From Candidatus Johnevansia muelleri (GTDB lineage: Bacteria > Pseudomonadota > Gammaproteobacteria > Johnevansiales > Johnevansiaceae), in the NCBI GenBank assembly GCA_000953435.1, contig LM655252.1, positions 1 through 32,000 on the forward strand: a stretch of 32,000 bases of DNA, in the 5' to 3' direction. This document shows, in pieces, positions 24,442-32,000 of this stretch (the first letter of the stretch is position 1; each line of letters opens with the position of its first letter). Position numbers and translations under genes: made by a program. The notes below the pieces were generated by a model. It saw only the letters and a program-made list of their open reading frames with translations, was not told the origin of the DNA and did no database searches.

Positions 24442-25740
24442 ATGATAATTTTAACCCCTGTAAAAATAGGTATTTGTGGTTTAGGCACAGTGGGGATTGG
24501 AACGTTTAATGTTTTAAAACGTAATATTAATAAAATTGTTTATAGTGCAGGTAAAAAAATAATAATTGAACAGATTTGTGCCTGTAAAACTCTTTTCAAT
24601 AAAATTAATTTTATTAATAAAACTAATAATATTTTTGATATAGTATATAATCATAATATCGATATTGTTGTTGAATTAATTGGTGGTTGTAATATTGCAT
24701 TGAAATTTGTTATTGAATCTATAAAAAATGGTAAACATGTTGTTACGGCAAATAAATATATGATTGCTAATTACGGGACAGATATTTTTAGTTTAGCTAA
24801 TAAAAAAGGTGTTATAGTAGCATTTGAAGCAGCTGTAGCAGGAGGAATTCCTATTATTAAATCTTTACGTGAAGGTTTGGTAGCAAATAGTATTAAATGG
24901 TTAATAGGTATTCTTAATGGTACATTAAATTATATTCTTACTTCTATGCATAATGAATACAAAAGTTTTAAAAAAATTTTATTAAAAGCTAAATTATTAG
25001 GTTATGCAGAATTTAATCATATTTTAGATATAGAAGGAATTGATGTTGCACATAAATTAGTTATTTTAGCATCAATAGCTTATTGTATACCATTGAAAAT
25101 ACATCAAATATATATTGAGGGTATTTCAAAAATAATATCAGATGATATTATTTATGCTGATAAATTGGGATATAAAATTAAACATTTAGGTATTTCTATT
25201 ATAAATAAATATGGGCTAGAACTACGTGTACATCCTACAATGATTAAAAAAACCTGTTTAATTTCTAATATAAATGATATAAATAATGCTATAGAAATAA
25301 TGGGTGATGCCGTAGGATCAAATTTTTACTCTGGTATAGGTGCTGGTTCAGAACCTACAGCGTCTTCAATAATTTCTGATTTAATCAATATAACATCTTA
25401 TATTAATATAAAAAAAAAAATATCTTTTAAAGATTATATTGAAAAAAATATTAAAATTTTATCAATGGATAATATTATTACAGCTTATTATTTACGTATT
25501 ATAGCATCATATCCTAAATATGATTTATTATCAAAAATATTTGAAATATTTAATGTTAATAAAATTAGTATTAAATCAATTTATAAAAAATATATTATAT
25601 CAAAAAAATTAATTAATATAATTATTATTACAAATTTAGTAAAAGAATTAAATATGAATATTTCAATTAATAATATTGAATTACTAGATAATGTTATTAA
25701 CTCTGTATATATTCGTATAGGATATTTAAATAATAATTAA
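24442..25740 (+). CDS. hom: Homoserine dehydrogenase
   Basis: 432-aa ORF with an N-terminal Rossmann motif ICGLGTVGIG, a catalytic-domain block VTANKYMIA...FEAAVAGGIPII and a divergent ACT-like C-terminus. Confidence 0.92.
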   Translation: MIILTPVKIGICGLGTVGIGTFNVLKRNINKIVYSAGKKIIIEQICACKTLFNKINFINKTNNIFDIVYNHNIDIVVELIGGCNIALKFVIESIKNGKHVVTANKYMIANYGTDIFSLANKKGVIVAFEAAVAGGIPIIKSLREGLVANSIKWLIGILNGTLNYILTSMHNEYKSFKKILLKAKLLGYAEFNHILDIEGIDVAHKLVILASIAYCIPLKIHQIYIEGISKIISDDIIYADKLGYKIKHLGISIINKYGLELRVHPTMIKKTCLISNINDINNAIEIMGDAVGSNFYSGIGAGSEPTASSIISDLINITSYINIKKKISFKDYIEKNIKILSMDNIITAYYLRIIASYPKYDLLSKIFEIFNVNKISIKSIYKKYIISKKLINIIIITNLVKELNMNISINNIELLDNVINSVYIRIGYLNNN

Positions 25741-25761
25741 TAATATTTATTAGAAAAATAT

Positions 25762-27150
25762 ATGCGTTATATAAGTACACGTGGTAAATCTCCTTATGTT
25801 GACTTTGAAGAAGTTGTTATTAGTGGACTTGCAAGAGATGGTGGGTTATATGTACCTGAAACATTACCATATTTTTCATATAAAGAGCTGAGAAGTTTAT
25901 CAGGGTTATCTTATATAGATATTGCATTTTTTATAATTCGTAATTTTATTGGTAAATCAATTTCTGAAGAAAATTTAAAATATATTATTAAAAAAAGTTA
26001 TGCTAATTTTAGTCACAAGGCAATAGTTCCAATAAAACAATTGGGAAAAAATAATTTTTTACTTGAATTATTTCATGGACCTACATTAGCCTTTAAAGAT
26101 ATTGCACTTCAATTATTAGGTAATTTACTTGATTATTTTTTAAAAAAACGTAAAGAAAAAGCTATTATTATATGTGCAACATCAGGAGATACTGGTTCAG
26201 CAGCAATTGAAGGATGTAGATATTCTGAAAATATTGATATTTTTATTTTACATCCTTATAATATGGTATCAGAAGTACAAAGACGTCAAATGACAACTGT
26301 TTTAGCAGATAATGTTCATAATATTGCAATAGAAGGTAATTTTGATGATGCTCAAGCCATGGTTAAAGCGTGTTTTATAAATCAATCATTTCTTAATGGA
26401 ACACGTTTAATTGCTGTTAATTCAATTAATTGGGTTAGAATTATGGCACAGACTGTTTATTATATTACATCTGCTATAAACTTAGGTGCTCCAGATAGAG
26501 AAATTAGTTTTACTGTACCTTCAGCAAATTTTGGAAATATTTTGGCTGGCTATTTTGCTAGAAGAATGGGGTTACCAATTAGACAACTTGTTATAGCTAC
26601 TAATGCTAATGATATTATTCATAGAATTATTTCTAATAATGATTTTTCAAAACGTCCATTAATTAATACAATTGCGCCATCTATGGATATTGTAATTTCT
26701 TCTAATTTTGAACGTTTATTATATTATTTATATAGTAAAAATTCATATGTCATTAATAATTTATATAATAAATATAATAAAGCAAATATATTATTATCAA
26801 TTAAACCATTAGAAAAACTACGTAGTTTATTTTCTTCTGGAAGTGTTAATGATGAAACTATTTTATCATTTATTATAGATACATTTAAATGTACTGGAGA
26901 AATTTTAGATCCTCATACTACTATTGCATATTATGTTAGTAAATTATGTAATAAATATACTAAATTACCTATGGTAATATTAGGAACAGCACATCCTGCT
27001 AAGTTTTTTGAATCAATAAAAAAAACTGGAATTAATGAAAATAAAGTTCCTAGTGCCATAAATAATTTATTAATAAAAAAAGAATATTTTAAAAAAATGC
27101 CAGCTAATATTAAAGTTTTACAGAATTATATAATTAATAAAAAATATTAA
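25762..27150 (+). CDS. thrC: Threonine synthase (long form)
   Basis: 462-aa ORF with MRYISTRG, the PLP-lysine context FHGPTLAFKD and SGDTGSAA. Its position next to hom matches the pseudomonad-type arrangement. Confidence 0.95.
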   Translation: MRYISTRGKSPYVDFEEVVISGLARDGGLYVPETLPYFSYKELRSLSGLSYIDIAFFIIRNFIGKSISEENLKYIIKKSYANFSHKAIVPIKQLGKNNFLLELFHGPTLAFKDIALQLLGNLLDYFLKKRKEKAIIICATSGDTGSAAIEGCRYSENIDIFILHPYNMVSEVQRRQMTTVLADNVHNIAIEGNFDDAQAMVKACFINQSFLNGTRLIAVNSINWVRIMAQTVYYITSAINLGAPDREISFTVPSANFGNILAGYFARRMGLPIRQLVIATNANDIIHRIISNNDFSKRPLINTIAPSMDIVISSNFERLLYYLYSKNSYVINNLYNKYNKANILLSIKPLEKLRSLFSSGSVNDETILSFIIDTFKCTGEILDPHTTIAYYVSKLCNKYTKLPMVILGTAHPAKFFESIKKTGINENKVPSAINNLLIKKEYFKKMPANIKVLQNYIINKKY

Positions 27151-27151
27151 T

Positions 27152-28384
27152 ATGAATTTATATAATATAAAAAATATTTATTTTGATATTGTAATTATTG
27201 GGGGGGGAACTGCTGGAGTATCTTTAGCAGCAAGTTTACTAATTCGTAATTCAAATTTTAATATTTGTATTATTGAACCGCAATCCATACATTATTATCA
27301 ACCTGCATGGACATTAATAGGTAATGGCATTTTAAATAGTGTTAATAATATTAGACCTATGTATTCTGTTATTACCCCAGATATTAGTTGGATTAAAAGT
27401 GAAGTTCTTGAATTATTACCTAAGTCAAACAAAATTTTATTACAAAATGGTAAATATGTAAATTATAAATATTTAGTAGTTTGTCCAGGATTAATTTTAG
27501 CTTGGGAAAAAATTGAAGGATTAATAGAAACATTAGGTAAAAATGGGGTAACTTCTAATTATAGCTATAATTTAGCTGATTATACATGGAAATTAGTAAA
27601 AAAGATTAATAAAGGTACTGTTATATTTACCCAGCCTGAAATGCCTATAAAATGCGCTGGTGCCCCGCAAAAAGTAATTTATCTTTCTGGTGATTTTTGG
27701 CAAAAAAAACATATACTTTCTAAAATTAATATAAATTATTATTTAAATAATAATACATTATTTGGAGTAAAAGATTTTGTTCCAATTTTAATGGAATATA
27801 TAAAAAAATATAATGTTAAACTTATATTTAATGCTAACTTAATTAAAGTAGATGGCAAAAAAAAAACAGCATTATTTAAGTTAATTGATAAAGAAGGTAA
27901 TTTTATAAGTAATGAATATAAATCTTTTAATATACTTCATGTCGTACCACCTCAAATATCTCCAGATTTCATTAAAAACAGTCTTTTAGCTAATAAAAAA
28001 GGATGGTGTGATGTAGATCCAGTTACATTACAACATTTATCATTTCAAAATATTTTTGGATTAGGAGATGTTTGTGGGATTTTAAATGCTAAAACAGCTG
28101 CTGCTGCGCGTAAACAAATTTTTGTAGTAGCAGAAAATTTATTCGATTTAATAAAAAGAAAATCAATATTAAAAATTTATGATGGTTATGGAAGTTGTCC
28201 TCTTCCAGTAGAAAGAGGAAAAGTAATTTTATCAGAATTCGGATATAATGATAAATTACTTCCTACTTTTCCAATTAATCCTAAAAAACCTAGTAAATTA
28301 GCTTGGTTATTAAAAACGAAATTTTTACCTTGGTTTTATTGGCATGGAATGTTAAAAGGTAATGACTTTTTATCTACTAATTAA
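27152..28384 (+). CDS. sqr: Type II sulfide:quinone oxidoreductase-like FAD-dependent oxidoreductase
   Basis: 410-aa ORF with the FAD motif VIIGGGTAG. HYYQPAWTLIGNG, PIKCAGAPQKVIYL, HVVPPQ, GLGDV and YDGYGSCPL run parallel to human SQOR (HFYQPIWTLVGAG, VKCAGAPQKIMYL, HVTPPM, GIGDC, YDGYTSCPL), including both catalytic cysteines. The start is 1 nt after the thrC stop. Confidence 0.85.
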   Translation: MNLYNIKNIYFDIVIIGGGTAGVSLAASLLIRNSNFNICIIEPQSIHYYQPAWTLIGNGILNSVNNIRPMYSVITPDISWIKSEVLELLPKSNKILLQNGKYVNYKYLVVCPGLILAWEKIEGLIETLGKNGVTSNYSYNLADYTWKLVKKINKGTVIFTQPEMPIKCAGAPQKVIYLSGDFWQKKHILSKININYYLNNNTLFGVKDFVPILMEYIKKYNVKLIFNANLIKVDGKKKTALFKLIDKEGNFISNEYKSFNILHVVPPQISPDFIKNSLLANKKGWCDVDPVTLQHLSFQNIFGLGDVCGILNAKTAAAARKQIFVVAENLFDLIKRKSILKIYDGYGSCPLPVERGKVILSEFGYNDKLLPTFPINPKKPSKLAWLLKTKFLPWFYWHGMLKGNDFLSTN

Positions 28385-28428
28385 TATATTTATGAAAATA
28401 GAATTTTAATTAATAGGAAATATAAAAT

Positions 28429-29382
28429 ATGATTACTCAATTAGATTCATTAAAGAAATTATCTACTATAGTAGCTGATACAGGGGACTTAATTGCTATT
28501 AAAAAATATAAAGCTATGGCAGCAACAACTAATCCATCTATAATTTTAAAATCTTTTGATAATCCAGTTTATAAATCTTTAATTACATCAATTATTAAAG
28601 AAGCAAAAAAAGAAAAAAGTGCTAATAAATTAATAACATATATATTAGATAAATTATCCGTTGCTATTGGATATGAAATTTCAAAAATTATTCCTGGAAG
28701 GGTTTCTACTGAAATAGCAGCAGAGCTGTCTTATGATATAGATGCAAGTATAAATAAGGCACATTATTTAATTGATTTATATAAATATTATAATGTTTAT
28801 AAAAATAAGGTTTTAATTAAGTTAGCTTCAACTTGGGAAGGTATTCGTGCAGCTGAAATTTTAGAAAAAGAAGGGATTAAATGTAACCTAACATTATTAT
28901 TTTCTGATGCTCAAGTTCGTGCTTGTCTTGAAGCTAGAGTATTTTTAATTTCTCCATTTGTAGGCAGAATAACAGATTGGTATAAAAAAAAAACTGGTAA
29001 TGACTACTTTATACCAGAAAATGATCCAGGTGTAAAATTTGTTAAACGTGTATGTAAATACACTAGTGATTATGCTTATGATACAATAGTAATGGGAGCA
29101 AGTTTTCGTAATACAGGTCAAATTTTAGATTTAGCTGGTTGTAACTGTCTTACTATTTCTCCTCAATTACTTGATGATCTTGATAAAAAGGAAGGGGAAG
29201 TTAAATGTAAAATATATAATAATAAAAAATATAAAATTAAAAAATATAAAACAATTTCAGAAGATGAATTTAATTCTTTACATTCCAATGATCAAATGGC
29301 TAAATATAGCTTATATGAAGGTATTAATAAATTTTCAGAAGATCAAGAAAAACTTAAAAAAATAATAAAAGAGTTATTATAA
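28429..29382 (+). CDS. tal: Transaldolase
   Basis: 317-aa ORF. LDSLKKLSTIVADTGD, ATTNPSIILK and the Schiff-base lysine context VLIKLASTWEGI match TalB-type transaldolase. Confidence 0.95.
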   Translation: MITQLDSLKKLSTIVADTGDLIAIKKYKAMAATTNPSIILKSFDNPVYKSLITSIIKEAKKEKSANKLITYILDKLSVAIGYEISKIIPGRVSTEIAAELSYDIDASINKAHYLIDLYKYYNVYKNKVLIKLASTWEGIRAAEILEKEGIKCNLTLLFSDAQVRACLEARVFLISPFVGRITDWYKKKTGNDYFIPENDPGVKFVKRVCKYTSDYAYDTIVMGASFRNTGQILDLAGCNCLTISPQLLDDLDKKEGEVKCKIYNNKKYKIKKYKTISEDEFNSLHSNDQMAKYSLYEGINKFSEDQEKLKKIIKELL

Positions 29383-29383
29383 A

Positions 29384-29407
29384 ATTAAATGTATTTAAAC
29401 ATTTAAT
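29384..29407. terminator. Candidate bidirectional terminator hairpin between convergent tal and ahpC
   Basis: A 9-bp stem attaaatgt / acatttaat (29384-29392 and 29399-29407) with a 6-nt loop. It is followed by TATTTTT on the plus strand and TTTTAT on the minus strand. It has only one G-C pair, so it is weak. Confidence 0.3.
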
Positions 29408-29411
29408 ATTT

Positions 29412-29975
29412 TTATATTTTACCTACCATGTTTATAGATGGTATTAAAGTAGGTTTACCATTTAACCAGTTTGCAGGACATACTTCACCTGGATTCTTAT
29501 CAACATATTGTATAGCTTTAACATTACGTAAAATATATTTTGCATTTCTCCCAATATTCCCATCATTTATTTCAATAAATTTTATTTTTAATTCATGATC
29601 AATAATAAAAGTAGCACGTTCTGCTATTCCTTCTTCTTCAATCATTACATTAAAATTACGAGATATTTTTCCAGTAGGATCACCTAACATAGGAAATTTA
29701 ATTTTAGAAATAGTTTTTGAATTATCATACCATGCTTTATGAGTAAAATGTGTATCAGTAGATATACTATATATTTCAATATTTAATTGCTTAAATTCTA
29801 TATAATTATCTGCGAGATCTCCTAATTCAGTAGGACAAATAAATGTAAAATCAGCGGGATAAAAAAAAAATATAGACCAATTACCTTTTAAATTATCTTC
29901 AGATATATTAATAAAATTATTATTATGAAAAGCAATAGTTTTAAATGGTATAATTTTACTATTAAGAATAGACAT
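29412..29975 (-). CDS. ahpC: Alkyl hydroperoxide reductase C (typical 2-Cys peroxiredoxin)
   Basis: 187-aa ORF with the peroxidatic Cys context DFTFICPTE and the resolving Cys context GEVCPANW. Same length as E. coli AhpC. AGGA Shine-Dalgarno sequence about 9 nt upstream. Confidence 0.95.
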   Translation of the reverse strand: MSILNSKIIPFKTIAFHNNNFINISEDNLKGNWSIFFFYPADFTFICPTELGDLADNYIEFKQLNIEIYSISTDTHFTHKAWYDNSKTISKIKFPMLGDPTGKISRNFNVMIEEEGIAERATFIIDHELKIKFIEINDGNIGRNAKYILRNVKAIQYVDKNPGEVCPANWLNGKPTLIPSINMVGKI

Positions 29976-30059
29976 AAATAATTATATCCTAATTATTAAC
30001 ATTTTAAAAATAAAAATATTTTATATATGAAAATTTAAATCAAGTAAAAATTATATATA

Positions 30060-30713
30060 CTAATTTCTTAAACTTATTATAGGCCAATTTTTTATTTTTG
30101 CTATATTTCGTAATTTATAATCTGGATCAACCGTAATAGGATAATCTACAAATTTTAATAAGGGTAAATCATTAATAGAATCACTATAGAAACTGGCACC
30201 TTTTATATCAAATTTGTTATTTTTTAACCATTGTTTTAATTTAATAATTTTTCCATGTTTAAAACTAGGAACTCCGATAAAATTACCAGTATATTTTTTT
30301 TCTTTAATTTCTATGTCTGTTGCAATAATATCATCAACTTTTAACCTATTAGCAATAGGTTGGGTAATAAATTTATTAGTAGCAGTTATTATTAAAATAT
30401 ATTTACCTTTAGATTTATGATTTTCAATAAGTAATTCAGCTTTGGGTAAAATTATTGGTTCAATTATTTCTTTCATATATTGATCATGTAAATTATTTAA
30501 TTTTATTAAAGAAAATTTTGATAAAATACGTAATGAAAAATAAAAATAATCCATAATCTTAAGATTTCCGTATGTATAATCTTTTAAAAATTGATCATTT
30601 ATTTTTCTATATTTTAAGTGTATTATACCTTTTTTTATTAAATATTCTACCCAAGCATGATCACTATCACCATTTATAAGTGTATTATCAAGATCAAAAA
30701 TAGCTAATTTCAA
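30060..30713 (-). CDS. HAD superfamily subfamily IB hydrolase (SerB-like phosphatase; substrate unknown)
   Basis: 217-aa ORF. HAD motif I is FDLDNTL, motif II is IITATN and motif IV is YSDSINDLPLL. There is a cap insertion between motifs I and II, as in the IB class. The TTG start at 30713 is preceded by AAGGA about 5 nt upstream, and no in-frame ATG lies before motif I. Confidence 0.75.
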   Translation of the reverse strand: MKLAIFDLDNTLINGDSDHAWVEYLIKKGIIHLKYRKINDQFLKDYTYGNLKIMDYFYFSLRILSKFSLIKLNNLHDQYMKEIIEPIILPKAELLIENHKSKGKYILIITATNKFITQPIANRLKVDDIIATDIEIKEKKYTGNFIGVPSFKHGKIIKLKQWLKNNKFDIKGASFYSDSINDLPLLKFVDYPITVDPDYKLRNIAKIKNWPIISLRN

Positions 30714-30772
30714 AATAATCCTTATATAGTATTATTTAAATTATATTTATAAGAATATATTGGAGATGAGAA

Positions 30773-32000
30773 ATGCCCCAATATCGGTCCAGAACTACAA
30801 CATATGGCCGTAAAAATGTTGGGGCTCGTGCTTTATGGCGAGCTACTTCTATGAAGGATGAAGATTTCAAAAAACCAATTATAGCAATTGCTAATTCTTA
30901 TACTCAATTTGTTCCCGGTCATATTCATTTAAAAAATATGGGGGAATTAGTTGCTGAAGAAATAGCAATTGCTGGTGGGGTTTCTAAAGAATTCAATACT
31001 ATTGCTGTTGACGATGGAATAGCTATGGGTCATGATGGAATGCTTTATTCATTACCATCACGTGATATAATAGCTGATTCTATTGAATATATGGTTAATG
31101 CTCATTGTGCAGATGCTTTGGTATGTATTTCTAATTGTGATAAAATTACACCAGGAATGTTAATGGCAGCAATGCGTCTTAATTTACCAGTAGTATTTGT
31201 TTCTGGTGGTCCTATGGAGTCAGGTAAGACTAAATTATTTGATTATAATATAAATTTAGTTGACGCAATAGTTATGGCAGCTGATGAAAAAATTAATGAT
31301 GAAACTCTTGAAGAAATTGAACGTATTGCATGCCCAACATGTGGGAGCTGTTCAGGTATGTTTACTGCGAATTCCATGAATTGTTTAATTGAAGCATTGG
31401 GATTAGCAATGCCAGGTAATGGTACTTTGTTAGCTACTCATATTGCTCGTAAGCAATTATTTAAAGTAGCTGGAAAAAAAATTGTAGAAATAACAAAAAT
31501 GTTTTATGAAAATAATGAAAAAAATATACTTCCTCGTTTTATTGCATTAAAAGGTGCTTTAAAAAATGCCATGATGCTTGATATTGCAATGGGTGGGTCA
31601 ACTAATACGATTCTTCATTTATTAGCAGCAGCACAAGAAGCTGAAATTGATTTTAATATTTCTGATATTGATAAACTTTCAAAAATAGTACCTCAATTAT
31701 GCAAATTAGCCCCAAATACACGTAAATATCATATTGAAGATTGTCACAGAGCAGGTGGAATAATGGGAATTTTAGGAGAATTAGATCGTGCAGGTATATT
31801 AAAAACATCAATACCAACTATATATAGTAAGACTTTAAAAGAAGCATTAGATGAATGGGATATCATGCGAAATAAAAATTCCCCAATAATTGAATTTTAT
31901 AAATCAGCTCCTGGTAGAAATATCACTCAAACAGCGTTTTCTCAGTGCAATAAATGGAATACTATTGATAATGATCGTATACACGGTTGTATACGTAATA
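30773..32000 (+). CDS. ilvD: Dihydroxy-acid dehydratase, 5' partial (runs off the window end)
   Basis: This gene is not in the ORF track because there is no stop within the window. Hand translation from the ATG at 30773 gives [53 protein letters not shown]...[77 protein letters not shown]. This is collinear with E. coli IlvD. GGAG lies 8 nt upstream. Confidence 0.96.
   Translation, partial: MPQYRSRTTTYGRKNVGARALWRATSMKDEDFKKPIIAIANSYTQFVPGHIHLKNMGELVAEEIAIAGGVSKEFNTIAVDDGIAMGHDGMLYSLPSRDIIADSIEYMVNAHCADALVCISNCDKITPGMLMAAMRLNLPVVFVSGGPMESGKTKLFDYNINLVDAIVMAADEKINDETLEEIERIACPTCGSCSGMFTANSMNCLIEALGLAMPGNGTLLATHIARKQLFKVAGKKIVEITKMFYENNEKNILPRFIALKGALKNAMMLDIAMGGSTNTILHLLAAAQEAEIDFNISDIDKLSKIVPQLCKLAPNTRKYHIEDCHRAGGIMGILGELDRAGILKTSIPTIYSKTLKEALDEWDIMRNKNSPIIEFYKSAPGRNITQTAFSQCNKWNTIDNDRIHGCIRN

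Noticed and set aside
29171-29365. 64-aa plus-strand ORF inside tal
   Set aside because: It is an alternative frame of the lysine- and asparagine-rich tal 3' region and is a low-complexity artefact.
30214-30420. 68-aa plus-strand ORF inside the HAD phosphatase gene
   Set aside because: It is an antisense shadow ORF.

Overview
This is a very AT-rich (about a quarter G+C by eye, not computed), tightly packed bacterial window that looks like a genome-reduced gammaproteobacterial nutritional endosymbiont. The plus strand carries dnaK, a repeat-filled spacer, dnaJ, dapB, then 16S and 23S rRNA with no spacer tRNA and no 5S, then a second tandem array. After that come metX(-), tyrS-carA-carB(+), a minus-strand block of yggX plus tRNA-Phe, tRNA-Gln and tRNA-Thr, hisBHAF(+), radA(-), hisC(+), aroQ(-), initiator tRNA(-), ffh-rpsP-rplS-hom-thrC-sqr-like-tal(+), ahpC(-), a HAD-IB phosphatase(-) and the 5' part of ilvD(+), which the ORF track missed because it runs off the window. 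Several traits point to a Pseudomonas/Halomonas-type ancestry: MetX, hom-thrC without thrB, type II AroQ, monofunctional HisB and a TyrZ-type TyrRS. My best guess is a Portiera-like insect symbiont; this is unverified and needs a 16S search. I found no transposase, integrase, phage, CRISPR-Cas, toxin-antitoxin or defence genes, and nothing I can defend as a novel multi-gene system. The unusual signals are structural. There are two roughly 310-320 bp non-coding tandem arrays with two-subunit periods of about 60 bp. The rRNA operon lacks 5S and spacer tRNAs. Convergent genes overlap (carB with tRNA-Thr, and hisC with aroQ inside a 27-bp palindrome). rimM-trmD is deleted between rpsP and rplS. 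A eukaryote-like type II sulfide:quinone oxidoreductase homolog is retained.
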